32,000 nucleotides of DNA from the sequence record OP484857.1; one strand, given 5' to 3'. Shown here one piece after another: positions 1 through 9,356 of the stretch. Every line of letters starts with the position of its first letter. Position 1 is the stretch's first letter. This DNA is from Sinorhizobium phage AP-16-3. Below the pieces are notes generated by a model that worked only from the letters and a program-made list of their open reading frames with translations, did no database searches and was not told the origin of the DNA. The position numbers and the translations under genes were made by a program.

Positions 1-44
1 GGCGAGCGATAGTGCTAATACAGATTTTTCCATGAGGACAAACC

Positions 45-509
45 ATGGCCAAGCGAAAGGCGCGCATCGACAGCGCCGCCGAAGCCGTGCGCGTCATGGC
101 GAAGGCAACCACCGAGATTGAGCCGCCCGCAAACGTGCCGCTCGACGAAGAGGACCTGCCATTCTTCCGCAATGTGATCGCCGAGTACGCGCGGTCGGAG
201 TGGTCGTCGCATCAACTCGAGCTCGCCGCAATGCTGGCCCGCACTATGGCGGACCTGACGCGAGAGCAGAAGCTGCTGCGAGATGAAGGCGGCGTTGCCT
301 ACTCCGAAAAAGGCACGCCTGTCGCGAATCCGCGCAAGTCGATTGTGCAAATGCACGCCAGTTCGATCCTGTCCTTTCGCAGATCGTTGTCGCTCCACGC
401 GCGTGCGCAAGCGGGAGAGGCGAGGGACGTTGCGAAGCGCCGTGGCGCCGCGAAGGAGATCGAGGGCGACAACCCATTAGAGGACGATTTGCTGGCTAGA
501 CCTGACTAG
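45..509 (+). CDS. Phage terminase small subunit (P27-like)
   Basis: 154-aa ORF immediately upstream of terminase large subunit; N-terminal helical region with LPFFRNVIAEYARSEWSSHQLELAAMLARTMADL and RKSIVQMHASSILSFRRSLSLHA, typical of small terminases. Confidence 0.75.
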   Translation: MAKRKARIDSAAEAVRVMAKATTEIEPPANVPLDEEDLPFFRNVIAEYARSEWSSHQLELAAMLARTMADLTREQKLLRDEGGVAYSEKGTPVANPRKSIVQMHASSILSFRRSLSLHARAQAGEARDVAKRRGAAKEIEGDNPLEDDLLARPD

Positions 510-521
510 CATCGTGAGAGC

Positions 522-2102
522 ATGGCAAAGAAGCCGATGACCCGCGGCGAGCGCGTTATTGCGTTCATCGAGCGGTACTGTCTCGTGCCAGAAGGCACCC
601 TGCTCGGCAAGCCGGTGAAGCTTCTGCCGTTTCAGCGCAAATTCATCCTGGCTGTCTACGATAACCCCGCGGGCACGTCTCGCGCCTACCTGTCGATTGC
701 CAGAAAGAACGGCAAGACCGGCCTTATTGCCTGCTTGCTGCTGGCGCACATCGTTGGCCCTGAAGCCTATCAGAACGGCCGCATCGTCTCCGGCGCGCGA
801 TCGCGCAAGCAGGCCGCCGAGGTTTTTAACTACGCAGCCAAAATGGTGATGATGTCGACGGAGCTAAGCAAGCTCGCGCGCATCGTGCCGTCGGCCAAGA
901 TGATTGTCGGCCTGGCCAAGAACGTCGAATACCAAGCGAGCTCGGCAGAAGCCAAGAGCGCACACGGCGGCTCGCCTATCCTGGCTATCCTCGACGAGGT
1001 TGGCCAGATCAAGGGGCCCACCGACGATTTCGTAGAGGCGATCGAAACATCGCAGGGCGCCTACGAAGGGCGCGCGATGCTGTTTGCCATCTCGACGCAG
1101 GCGGCAACTGACAATGATCTGTTTTCGCGCTGGATTGACGACGCTGAGACGTCGAAGGATCCGCGCATCGTCAGCCACATCTACACAGCCCCCGCGGATT
1201 GCGAACTAGACGACCGCGAAGCGTGGGGGGCGGCCAATCCCGCGCTCGGCGTGTTCCGCTCCGTGAAGGACGTGGAAGACTTTTCGCTGCTGGCGAGCCG
1301 CATGCCCACCAAGGAGGCCAGCTTTCGCTGGCTGTTCCTGAATCAGCGCATTGACGCATCGGCGCCGTTTGTTTCGCCTGCTGTCTGGAGGGCCTGTGAT
1401 GCTCCGATTGTCGAGAGTTTTGACGGTCTGCCTGTCTTTGGCGGGCTCGACCTTTCTGAGGTCTCCGACCTTACCTCACTCGTGCTTATGGCTCCAAAGG
1501 AGTCAGATAGCGGCACGGTCTGGCACGTAAAGCCGACGTTCTGGCTACCTGGTGACGCCTTGCGCGAGAAGGCGAAGGCTGACCGCGTGCCGTATGACGT
1601 TTGGCACAACGGCGGTCTGCTTGAGACAACGCCAGGGCCGACGGTCGATTATGAGTTCGTCGCGCACCATCTGCGCGGCCTCTTCGATACGCTGGACATC
1701 CGCAAGATTGCCTTCGATCGCTGGAACTGGCGCCACCTGAAGCCGTGGCTGCAGAAGGCGGGTTTCACCGAAGAGCAGTTGGATGGCGATGCTGCGGTAT
1801 TTGAGCAGTTCGGCCAGGGCTTCGCGTCAATGTCTCCGGCACTTCGGGATCTGGAAAGCCTGATCCTGAACCGGAAGATTGCTCACGGCGGCCATCCGGT
1901 TCTCACCATGTGCATGATGAATGCCACCGTGAAGCCGGATCCGAGCGGGAACCGAAAGCTCGACAAGCAAAAATCGCGTGGTCGCATCGACGGCGCCGTT
2001 GCTCTTGCGATGGCCGCGGCGATGGCCGGCACATACGAGGGCGCATCGGCTGTGTACAGCCCTTGGGATGACCCGGAATTCAGCATCACAAAGGCGGCAT
2101 AA
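522..2102 (+). CDS. Phage terminase large subunit
   Basis: 526 aa; YLSIARKNGKTGLIACLLLAHI (Walker A-like), PILAILDEVGQIKG (Walker B), FGGLDLSEVSDLTSLV nuclease Asp motif. Confidence 0.95.
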   Translation: MAKKPMTRGERVIAFIERYCLVPEGTLLGKPVKLLPFQRKFILAVYDNPAGTSRAYLSIARKNGKTGLIACLLLAHIVGPEAYQNGRIVSGARSRKQAAEVFNYAAKMVMMSTELSKLARIVPSAKMIVGLAKNVEYQASSAEAKSAHGGSPILAILDEVGQIKGPTDDFVEAIETSQGAYEGRAMLFAISTQAATDNDLFSRWIDDAETSKDPRIVSHIYTAPADCELDDREAWGAANPALGVFRSVKDVEDFSLLASRMPTKEASFRWLFLNQRIDASAPFVSPAVWRACDAPIVESFDGLPVFGGLDLSEVSDLTSLVLMAPKESDSGTVWHVKPTFWLPGDALREKAKADRVPYDVWHNGGLLETTPGPTVDYEFVAHHLRGLFDTLDIRKIAFDRWNWRHLKPWLQKAGFTEEQLDGDAAVFEQFGQGFASMSPALRDLESLILNRKIAHGGHPVLTMCMMNATVKPDPSGNRKLDKQKSRGRIDGAVALAMAAAMAGTYEGASAVYSPWDDPEFSITKAA

Positions 2103-3394
2103 TGGCTATAAAAGACTGGTTCAGCCGCCAAACGGCTCATAATGCGCCAGAATCGCGGGCAAGTCCGGAAACCGAGACGATTCCTGTTAGCGCAGAGAAT
2201 TTTCTCGCCTTCTTTGGCGTTCAGTCGGGCAACCTGCCTAACGTGACGATCGACACGGCGCTGAACGTACCGGCCGTGTTTGCTGCCGTCGCCTTCCTGT
2301 CGCGCACGTTGGCCGCCCTTCCGCGGCACGCTTATCGGGATACGAAGGGCGGCGCAAAGCGCGTCGGCGGCAAGCTCGAGACGGTCGTCAATATCGCCCC
2401 GAATGACACGATGGGGTCGTTCAAGTTCTGGCAGTATTTCTGGCAGCAGGTTTTTTCTGGTGGCCGCGGTCTGGCCTGGATTGAGCGGACGCCGCAGGGC
2501 ATTGATGCGCTGTGGCCGATGGATCCGTCGAAGACAAATATCAAGCGCGTCGGTTTTACCGTCACGTATGAGTTTGAAGGCAAGACCTACCCTGCCCGCG
2601 ACGTTATTGACGTTCCGTTCATGTTGCAGACCGACGGCCTGAAGCACTACGGGCCGATCACGAAGGCAGCCAAGGCTATTCAGCTTGCACTTGCCATGAA
2701 CGACTACGGCAGCAATTTCTTTGCTGGTGGCGGCGTTCCTCCGCTCGCACTAAAAGGTCCGTTGCCAACCGGCGCAGAGGCTATGAAGCGCGCGCAGTCG
2801 GACATTAAGCGCTCCGTCGACGCGGCAAAGAATGCAAACGAGCCGATCTTTCCGATTCCGCCTGGCTACGATCTCGACCCTGTCGGGCTGGATCCTGCCA
2901 AGGGTCAGATGATCGAGGCTCGCCGCTTCCAAGTCGAAGAAATCGCGCGTGTTTGGCAGTTGCCTCCTGTGTTCTTGCAGGATCTCAGCCGCGCGACGTT
3001 CAGCAACGTCGAGCAGCAGGACTTGCACCTCGTCAAGCACCTGATCGGCCAGTGGGCCAGGGCGCTCGAGGATGAAATGAACCTTAAGATGTTCGGTCGC
3101 GGCAATAGCGGCCGCTACATAGAGCATGCGTTGGATGGACTCATGCGAGGCGACTTCAAGAGCCGCATTGAAGGCATCGCGAGGGCGATTCAGACTGCGC
3201 AGATGACGCCAAATGAGGCGCGCGCACTCGAGAACCGACCGGCAGTGCCGAACGGCAACGATCTGCTTGTGCAGGGGGCTACCGTGCCCCTTGGCTCGCA
3301 GCCGACGAATGCGGGGCAGGGCGGGTCTTCATCTACGGATGAGGAGCCCCCCACCGCCAACGACAATCAAGAAGACGAGGCGGAAGCCGCATGA
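2102..3394 (+). CDS. Phage portal protein (HK97 family)
   Basis: 430 aa, overlaps terminase stop; LPPVFLQDLSRATFSNVEQQDLHLVKHLIGQWARALEDEMNLKMF is characteristic of HK97-type portals. Confidence 0.93.
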   Translation: MAIKDWFSRQTAHNAPESRASPETETIPVSAENFLAFFGVQSGNLPNVTIDTALNVPAVFAAVAFLSRTLAALPRHAYRDTKGGAKRVGGKLETVVNIAPNDTMGSFKFWQYFWQQVFSGGRGLAWIERTPQGIDALWPMDPSKTNIKRVGFTVTYEFEGKTYPARDVIDVPFMLQTDGLKHYGPITKAAKAIQLALAMNDYGSNFFAGGGVPPLALKGPLPTGAEAMKRAQSDIKRSVDAAKNANEPIFPIPPGYDLDPVGLDPAKGQMIEARRFQVEEIARVWQLPPVFLQDLSRATFSNVEQQDLHLVKHLIGQWARALEDEMNLKMFGRGNSGRYIEHALDGLMRGDFKSRIEGIARAIQTAQMTPNEARALENRPAVPNGNDLLVQGATVPLGSQPTNAGQGGSSSTDEEPPTANDNQEDEAEAA

Positions 3395-4035
3395 GTGAAT
3401 TCGAAAAACGCATTGCGCAGCAGGTTGAACTGCGCGCCGACGAAAGTGGCGTTACGACGCTCGCCGGCTACGCTGCCGTGTTCGATTCGCCTACGGATAT
3501 TGGCGGGTATTTCACGGAGCAGATAGCTCCTGGCGCCTTCGCCGACACCATCAAGGGTGACGTTCGCTGCCTGTTTAATCACCAGAGCGGAAATGTCCTT
3601 GGTCGGACGAAGAGCGGCACGCTGCGGCTCTGGGAAGATGAGCACGGACTTCGATTTGAAGTCGATCTTCCCGATACCGTGCTCGGCAGGGACGTCGGCA
3701 CGCTCGTGAAGCGCGGCGACGTGAGCGGGTGCTCATTCGACTTCAGGGCGCTGAAACAATCGTGGGATGACACGGTTGACCCGCCTAAACGCACGCTGGA
3801 GAAGGTCGAAATCAGTGAAGTTTCGATCGTCACGTTTCCGGCATACGCCGACACCACGGTCGGCGTTCGCTCGCTAGAGGCCATCCGCGCCGAGGCTGAG
3901 GAAGCCAAGGCGGAGGAGAGGCGCAAGGCCGATAACGCAGTAGCAGCGGCACGACGTGTCGCCAGCAAGCGTGCGGCGATGGAACAAAAGTTTCGGGGCA
4001 TCCAGTCGCAAAGCGACGGGCAGGACGCCTCGTAG
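3391..4035 (+). CDS. HK97-family prohead protease
   Basis: 214 aa; GYAAVFDSPTDIGGYFTEQIAPGAFADTI, LFNHQSGNVLGRT, VEISEVSIVTFPAYADTTV; ATGA overlap with portal. Confidence 0.93.
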   Translation: MSEFEKRIAQQVELRADESGVTTLAGYAAVFDSPTDIGGYFTEQIAPGAFADTIKGDVRCLFNHQSGNVLGRTKSGTLRLWEDEHGLRFEVDLPDTVLGRDVGTLVKRGDVSGCSFDFRALKQSWDDTVDPPKRTLEKVEISEVSIVTFPAYADTTVGVRSLEAIRAEAEEAKAEERRKADNAVAAARRVASKRAAMEQKFRGIQSQSDGQDAS

Positions 4036-4110
4036 TCACCCGGCATAGCCGGAGGGCATGGGCGACGAGTCCTGCCATCTCACCAAAACCACCACAGATT
4101 GGAGACCAGC

Positions 4111-5376
4111 ATGTCCCTTACCGACCTGCAGGAGAAGCGCGGCCGTCTTATGACGCAGGCCCGCGAAGCCCTGAACGAAATCACTGCCAACACCGACGAA
4201 GCGCGCTCTGCTGAGCTCGAATCTCGTCACGACGCCATCATGGCTGAGTTCGACAAGCTCGAAAAAAACATCGAGCGCGAAGAGCGCCAAGTTGCCATCG
4301 AGGCTCGCTTTGCTGAGCGCCAGAAGGAAAAGCGCCCAGTATCCGACTCCGAGGCTCGCGGCCAGGACGACGGCGAGAAGAAGGAATACCGCGAGGTATT
4401 CTACAAGTACCTTGCATCCGGCGCATCGCTCGACGAACTGTCTTCTGAGGAGCGCGCAGTCCTCAAGGCGGGCGTGCAGTCCACCAAGGAATTCCGTACG
4501 CAGACGACCGGCACGAACTCTGCCGGCGGCTACACGGTCCCCGTCGAGCTCGCCAACTTCATCGTTAAGTCGATGAAGGACTGGGGTCCGATGTATAATG
4601 AGGACGTTGCGACGGTCATCTCGACCAGCTCCGGCAACATCATCAACATCCCGACTGTAGACGACACCTCCAAGTCCGGCGCGAAGCATACCGAAGGCGC
4701 AGCCATCGCCGACGACGGCTCGCAGGACGCGGTATTCGGGCAGAAGCAGCTTGGCGCCTATGTCTACGACACCGAGTTCGTGAAGTTCTCGATGGAACTC
4801 GCGGCCGACAGCATCTTCAACATGGAGACGCTGCTTGGTTCGTTGCTCGGTGAGCGTCTTGGACGTATCGCCAACCGCGAACTTACTGTCGGCGACGGCA
4901 CTGACGACCCCAACGGCGTCGTTACCGCTTCGACGCTCGGCAAGACCGCGGCTGCTGCAGCCGCTCTCGCATCTGACGAACTCATCGACCTGCTGCACTC
5001 GGTCAACGCGGCTTACCGTCGCTCGCCGAAAGCTCGCTGGATGTTCGCCGACACCACGCTCGCGGCTATCCGCAAGCTGAAGGACGGCCAGAACAACTAC
5101 CTCTGGCAGATGGGCAACGTTCAGACGGGCGAACCTGGCACGCTGCTTGGCTACCGCTACGAGATCAACGACGACGTTCCGGCAATCGCCGCATCGGCGA
5201 AGCCGGTCATCTTCGGCGACTTCTCCAAGTACTTCGTCCGCAAGGTCGGCTCGCCGGTCATAGGTGTTCTGCGTGAGCGCTTCTGGCCGGATCTTGGCAT
5301 CGCGGGTCTCATCCGGTTCGACGGTGAGCTCGGCGACACCGCGGCTGTCAAGCACCTCGTAATGGCTGCTTCCTAA
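4111..5376 (+). CDS. Major capsid protein (HK97 fold)
   Basis: N-terminal coiled-coil delta region, then TTGTNSAGGYTVPVELANFIVKSMKDWGPM...GKTAAAAAALASDELIDLLHSVNAAYRR...GYRYEINDDVPAIAASAKPVIFGDFSKYFVR. ATG at 4111 chosen over the upstream non-ATG start. Confidence 0.94.
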   Translation: MSLTDLQEKRGRLMTQAREALNEITANTDEARSAELESRHDAIMAEFDKLEKNIEREERQVAIEARFAERQKEKRPVSDSEARGQDDGEKKEYREVFYKYLASGASLDELSSEERAVLKAGVQSTKEFRTQTTGTNSAGGYTVPVELANFIVKSMKDWGPMYNEDVATVISTSSGNIINIPTVDDTSKSGAKHTEGAAIADDGSQDAVFGQKQLGAYVYDTEFVKFSMELAADSIFNMETLLGSLLGERLGRIANRELTVGDGTDDPNGVVTASTLGKTAAAAAALASDELIDLLHSVNAAYRRSPKARWMFADTTLAAIRKLKDGQNNYLWQMGNVQTGEPGTLLGYRYEINDDVPAIAASAKPVIFGDFSKYFVRKVGSPVIGVLRERFWPDLGIAGLIRFDGELGDTAAVKHLVMAAS

Positions 5377-5423
5377 TCTTGGACGGCGGGGCATTTAGCC
5401 CCGCCTCCTTCCAAGGAGATGAC

Positions 5424-5654
5424 ATGAAAATCAGAATGTTGGTCAGCCTATCTGGCAATGAATATTCGCTTGGTCCTGGCGATGAACGTGACTTTCCGCA
5501 GAACGAAGCGATTCGGCTGATCGACGCTGGATACGCATTGCCAGTAGCCGAGGAAAAGACCGAACGCGCTGTTTCTGAACCGGCGCAAGAGCGGCGCGGC
5601 AAGCGAGGCAAAAATGTGGTATCCCACGAAAATCACGACGCCGGCAGCGAGTGA
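5424..5654 (+). CDS. Small hypothetical phage protein between capsid and connector
   Basis: Preceded by AAGGAGATGAC ribosome-binding site; MKIRMLVSLSGNEYSLGPGDERDFPQNEAIRLIDAGYALPV; position typical of head genes. Confidence 0.65.
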   Translation: MKIRMLVSLSGNEYSLGPGDERDFPQNEAIRLIDAGYALPVAEEKTERAVSEPAQERRGKRGKNVVSHENHDAGSE

Positions 5655-6159
5655 GCCTGTAACGACAGAGGAAGCGAAACGTCGCCTTCACGTTGATTTC
5701 GCGGATGATGATGCAGACATTGAACTGCTCATCGAGTCCGCTCGAGACCACATTGAAAAATACTGCAATGTTCGCTTCGCCAGCCAGACCGTCGAAATGA
5801 AGTGCGACGGCTTCTGTGATTTCAAGCGGCTGCCAGAGGCTCCCGTCTCGTCTGTCGCGTCGATTGCGTATGTCGATACCGACGGCGCGACGCAGACGCT
5901 TGCGACAAGCATCTATGAGCTTCGCAATGACGATCTGGAAGCTGCGATTGTCACCAAATACGGCCAGCAGTGGCCGGCAATCCAGCCTGGTTCGCGCATT
6001 TCGGTAACGGGCGTTGTCGGCTATGCCGATGCTCCTCCGGCCGTGAAGCATGCCGCTCTCCTCTGGATCGCAGACGCATACGAAAATCGCGAGAACGCGA
6101 AAATTGAGGATTGGACGGCGCTAGACGCCCTCCTTTGCAACTTTAGACGCGGCGCTTAA
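5614..6159 (+). CDS. Head-tail connector protein (gp6-like)
   Basis: VTTEEAKRRLHVDFADDDADIELLIESARDHIEKYCNVRF and PAVKHAALLWIADAYENRE match connector features. Confidence 0.88.
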   Translation: MWYPTKITTPAASEPVTTEEAKRRLHVDFADDDADIELLIESARDHIEKYCNVRFASQTVEMKCDGFCDFKRLPEAPVSSVASIAYVDTDGATQTLATSIYELRNDDLEAAIVTKYGQQWPAIQPGSRISVTGVVGYADAPPAVKHAALLWIADAYENRENAKIEDWTALDALLCNFRRGA

Positions 6160-6177
6160 GGCCGGAAGGAATCACAC

Positions 6178-6603
6178 ATGGCAGACATCGTAATTACCCC
6201 CGCGAGCGTGGTTCCGGGTGCAGGCGCAAAGACCACGAGCGGCACGGCTGGCGCAACCATCACCGCAGGGCAGGTTGTCTATCTCGACAGCACTACTACG
6301 GGCAAATGGCATCATGCCGACAGCGACGCAGCTACTGCAGCCGCGCGCGGGCAGGGTGCAAACGTTGGTATCGCGCTCAACGGCGCCTCCAATGGCCAGC
6401 CGCTGGAGGTTCTCACCGAAGGCCCGATCACGCTTGGCGCTGTGCTGACGGCTGGTACTGCTTACTACCTATCTCCGACGCCAGGCGGCATTGCCCCTCT
6501 CGCCGATCTTCTTGCCGGCGATTACGTGACCCTGCTTGGTCTCGCGACGTCCACGTCTGTACTGGATCTCGATATTCAGTACTCCGGCGTAGCGAGCGCG
6601 TAA
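6178..6603 (+). CDS. Phage head protein, possibly capsid decoration/stabilisation
   Basis: 141 aa Gly/Ala/Thr-rich beta protein, GTAGATITAGQVVYLDSTTTGKWHHADSD...GIALNGASNGQPLEVLTEGPITLGAVLTAGTAYYLS. Confidence 0.55.
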   Translation: MADIVITPASVVPGAGAKTTSGTAGATITAGQVVYLDSTTTGKWHHADSDAATAAARGQGANVGIALNGASNGQPLEVLTEGPITLGAVLTAGTAYYLSPTPGGIAPLADLLAGDYVTLLGLATSTSVLDLDIQYSGVASA

Positions 6604-6604
6604 C

Positions 6605-6952
6605 ATGGCCAGCAAGGGAGGCGCGGGACGACTAACTGAGCGCGTCTCCCTTTACAAAAGGGGCGAGCTCGTCGACGAATACGGGAATACCCAGACAGAC
6701 TGGATCCTACAATTCGAAGCGGCCGCCGGCTACCAGCATTTGCGCGGTGGCGAGACCGTCATGGCGGCCAGATTGACGAACAAACATCCGGTCGTCGTCA
6801 GGCTCCGCACCAGCACAGCGGCCCGTCAGGTGACCGCCGACTGGAAGCTGACAGACAAGCGCACTGGCGTCGAGTACGCCATTAAGGACGTCACGCACGA
6901 GGTCGATCGCCAATACATCGATCTGCTTTGCGAGCGAGGCGTTGCGATCTGA
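6605..6952 (+). CDS. Head-tail adaptor / head closure protein
   Basis: GRLTERVSLYKRGELVDEYGNTQTDWILQFEAAAGYQHLRGGETVMAARLTNKHPVVVRLRTS, head-closure family-like. Confidence 0.85.
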   Translation: MASKGGAGRLTERVSLYKRGELVDEYGNTQTDWILQFEAAAGYQHLRGGETVMAARLTNKHPVVVRLRTSTAARQVTADWKLTDKRTGVEYAIKDVTHEVDRQYIDLLCERGVAI

Positions 6953-7368
6953 TGGTCAAAGGCGTTCGGGAGCTGAACAAAGCTGTCGCCGCCATGCCGA
7001 AGCGCGTCGAAAACGCCGCGCGCAAGGCTATGGAAAAGGGCGCCTCGGAATTGGTCGAAATGATGCGCAGGTTGGTTCCTGTGGATCAAGGAGACCTTCG
7101 CAACAGCATCGCCTGGAAGTGGGGCAACGCTCCAAAAGGCGCCGTTGTACTTGCGGAATCGCAAGAGGACAGCCGCGGCCTCAAAATCACGGTCTACGCC
7201 ACCGATTACAAGGCCCGCTGGATAGAGTTTGGCACCGTGGAGATGGGCGCGCAGCCCTTCTTTTTCCCGTCTTATCGGTCGCTGCGTAAGCGCATCCAGT
7301 CCCGCATCAAGCGGGAAATGAAGAAGGCCATACGGTTCGTCGGGCCAGTAACGCAGGGCGAGGCATAG
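6952..7368 (+). CDS. HK97 gp10-like tail-component protein
   Basis: VKGVRELNKAVAAMPKRVENAARKAMEKGASELVEMMRRLVPVDQGDLRNSIAWKWG; ATG at 6952. Confidence 0.88.
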   Translation: MVKGVRELNKAVAAMPKRVENAARKAMEKGASELVEMMRRLVPVDQGDLRNSIAWKWGNAPKGAVVLAESQEDSRGLKITVYATDYKARWIEFGTVEMGAQPFFFPSYRSLRKRIQSRIKREMKKAIRFVGPVTQGEA

Positions 7369-7386
7369 GATGCGGAGTGTTGATCT

Positions 7387-7794
7387 ATGAGCGCGTCTGC
7401 CGAACTACAAAAGCTGCTGTTCACCACGCTTACCGGCACGGCAGGGGTAATGGCTCTGGCGGGTGGCGTCTACGACCGTGTGCCGGCCGACCCTTATAAG
7501 ACCAAGACGGCATATGTGTCGTTTGGCCCCTCAGATGTGGTCGACGACAGCGCGGATTGCATAATCTCCGGCGAACATACGTTCCAATTGGACGTGTGGA
7601 GTAAGGCTGCCGGCCAAGTCGAGGCAAAGCGGCTGGTCGACCTGATCTACAACGCGCTGCATGAGCAGTCTCTCGAGTTGACGGAGAATGCGCTAGCTGA
7701 GATCCGCGTCGACTTCCGGCGTGTGTTCGTCGACCCCGACGGGTTGACCACTCACGGCGTCGTGACAGTGACGGCCTCGATTGAGGAAGCGTGA
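7387..7794 (+). CDS. Tail completion/terminator protein (DUF3168-like)
   Basis: SASAELQKLLFTTLTGTAGVMALAGGVYDRVPADPYKTKTAYVSFGPSDVVDDSADCIISGEHTFQLDVWSK. Confidence 0.85.
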   Translation: MSASAELQKLLFTTLTGTAGVMALAGGVYDRVPADPYKTKTAYVSFGPSDVVDDSADCIISGEHTFQLDVWSKAAGQVEAKRLVDLIYNALHEQSLELTENALAEIRVDFRRVFVDPDGLTTHGVVTVTASIEEA

Positions 7795-7979
7795 TGGCGT
7801 GGATGCTGGTTCGCAAGGAAGTGAACTGGTCTCGGCCTAAATCCAAATTCTCTTTCAATGCGAAGTCAAAGCCGGAGCCGCAATGCTTCCCGCACGACTT
7901 CGTTGAATATGCCGTCTCCATAGGGCGAGCCGAAAAGGTGCCGCCACCGCGAAGGCTTGACAAATTTGTAAAACCATAG
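7794..7979 (+). CDS. Small hypothetical protein
   Basis: ATG overlapping preceding stop (GTGATGG); 61 aa; its 3' end runs into the next promoter. Confidence 0.45.
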   Translation: MAWMLVRKEVNWSRPKSKFSFNAKSKPEPQCFPHDFVEYAVSIGRAEKVPPPRRLDKFVKP

Positions 7980-7985
7980 TACGTT
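7957..7985 (+). promoter_or_regulatory. Sigma70-like promoter with palindromic operator upstream of HNH gene
   Basis: TTGACA (7957-7962), 17 nt, TACGTT (7980-7985); perfect palindrome ACAAATTTGT at 7960-7969; near-identical to the sites at 12740 and 23834. Confidence 0.7.
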
Positions 7986-8008
7986 GCTTGCAACATTTTG
8001 GAGGTTTT

Positions 8009-8830
8009 ATGAGTGAAGTTAAGCCGAAAAAGAAGCCGCATTCGCTGATTGAGATAAACTGCTCCGATTGTGGGTCGGTGGTCGAGACGCGCAGCCGCAA
8101 GCGCTTGTATTGTGACGGGTGCATACATGCTCGCGACCTGGCTCGTGGAGTTGAGTATCGGTCAACAAAAAAGAGACCGCCTCGCAAGTACGTCTGTGCG
8201 CGTTGCGGAATTGATGGCGAGTGCATCGGACGCGCCACCGCAAAATATTGTGACGAATGCCGCGTCGAAGTCAGGCGCGAGCAGGGGCGTGCTAACGACG
8301 CACGGCGTCGAAAACCAACAGTGGTTGGGTTTGAGGTTCCATGCTCTCGCTGCGGCACATCATTCATCAGAAAGCACGGAAAGCAGGTAAACTGCCCACC
8401 TTGCAACAAGGTCGTTATAGCGGAGCGCAGCAAGAAGTGGGCGGGCGAAAACCGCGATAAAGTGCTGGCGATGGCCAAGGCGCACAATGATAAGCGCAGG
8501 TCTACGCCAAAGGGTCACCTAGAGTGGACAATGAGAACAGCCGTCAGGCGGGCTCTTGGAGGCAACGAAAAGGCCAAGCGCAGGACTTTTGACCTCCTGG
8601 GGTACACGGTTGATGATCTGAAGCGCCACCTTGAGGCACAGTTCACCAGGGGCATGTCCTGGGAGAATTACGGCGAGTGGCATATCGACCATATATTGCC
8701 TCTGGCAATCCATGAGTACGAAAGCGCCGAGTGTCCCGATTTTAAGCGGGCGTGGGCGCTAACGAACCTTCAGCCTCTATGGGCTAAGGACAACATGAGC
8801 AAGGGCGCAAAGGTGCTCTACCTCGTCTAA
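8009..8830 (+). CDS. HNH endonuclease with N-terminal zinc-ribbon motifs
   Basis: Four CxxC-type pairs arranged in ribbons (CSDCGS...CDGC, CARCG...CDEC, CSRCG...CPPC) and C-terminal GEWHIDHILPLAIHEYESAECPDFKRAWALTNLQPLWAKDNMSKG. ATG 8009 preceded by TTTTGGAGG. Confidence 0.88.
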   Translation: MSEVKPKKKPHSLIEINCSDCGSVVETRSRKRLYCDGCIHARDLARGVEYRSTKKRPPRKYVCARCGIDGECIGRATAKYCDECRVEVRREQGRANDARRRKPTVVGFEVPCSRCGTSFIRKHGKQVNCPPCNKVVIAERSKKWAGENRDKVLAMAKAHNDKRRSTPKGHLEWTMRTAVRRALGGNEKAKRRTFDLLGYTVDDLKRHLEAQFTRGMSWENYGEWHIDHILPLAIHEYESAECPDFKRAWALTNLQPLWAKDNMSKGAKVLYLV

Positions 8831-8852
8831 TCAATCAAACATTGCAGAAGCG

Positions 8853-8884
8853 AACCGCCGCGGTATTGCCGGCGGTTTTTCTTT
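8853..8884 (+). terminator. Rho-independent terminator after HNH gene
   Basis: AACCGCCG (8853-8860), 9-nt loop, CGGCGGTT (8870-8877), then TTTCTTT. Confidence 0.8.
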
Positions 8885-8907
8885 GACATGAACTGAAGGA
8901 AAACCAA

Positions 8908-9354
8908 ATGGCATACGCGTCTACTGGCACGTTTTCTAAGCTTGTTGTGGAAGTCGAGTGGGTGGCCGGTTCCGGCGTCTATTCTCGCTGGTGCGGCATC
9001 ACGTCAAGGGGCATTAACCGCCAGCACAACATGAGCACGACCCCCGTGCCTGATTGCGACAACGAGGATCTTCCTGCCCAAATCGAAAGATCGGTCGAGT
9101 CGTCCGAAGTGACGATCTCTGGGTCTGGCGTTTGGTCAACACAGTCTCATGGTGAGACTTTGGACTGGTGGTACAGCGGCCAGACCAAGAACGTTCGCGT
9201 TCAGCACGTTAACGCCCCCTCGGGCACGACAGAGTACGAATCCGGCGCGGCATACTTGGTGTCCCTGTCCAACACGGTAGAACGCGGCCAGAAGATTCAG
9301 TCGGAATTGTCGATCGAGTTCGACGGCATCCCGACGCGCACCAATAAGGCATAA
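8908..9354 (+). CDS. Phage tail tube / major tail protein
   Basis: 148 aa; TSRGINRQHNMSTTPVPDCDNEDLPAQIERSVESSEVTISGSGVWSTQSHGETLDWWYSG. Confidence 0.75.
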   Translation: MAYASTGTFSKLVVEVEWVAGSGVYSRWCGITSRGINRQHNMSTTPVPDCDNEDLPAQIERSVESSEVTISGSGVWSTQSHGETLDWWYSGQTKNVRVQHVNAPSGTTEYESGAAYLVSLSNTVERGQKIQSELSIEFDGIPTRTNKA

Positions 9355-9356
9355 TC

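Noticed and set aside
4036-5394. 452-aa minus-strand ORF opposite the capsid gene
   Set aside because: Exact antisense of a confident HK97 major capsid gene; typical GC-rich shadow ORF.
8881-8908. TTGACA at 8883 as a promoter for the tail tube gene
   Set aside because: It is only about 20 nt from the ATG, leaving no room for a normal -10 and leader, and lacks the conserved AATTTGT extension.
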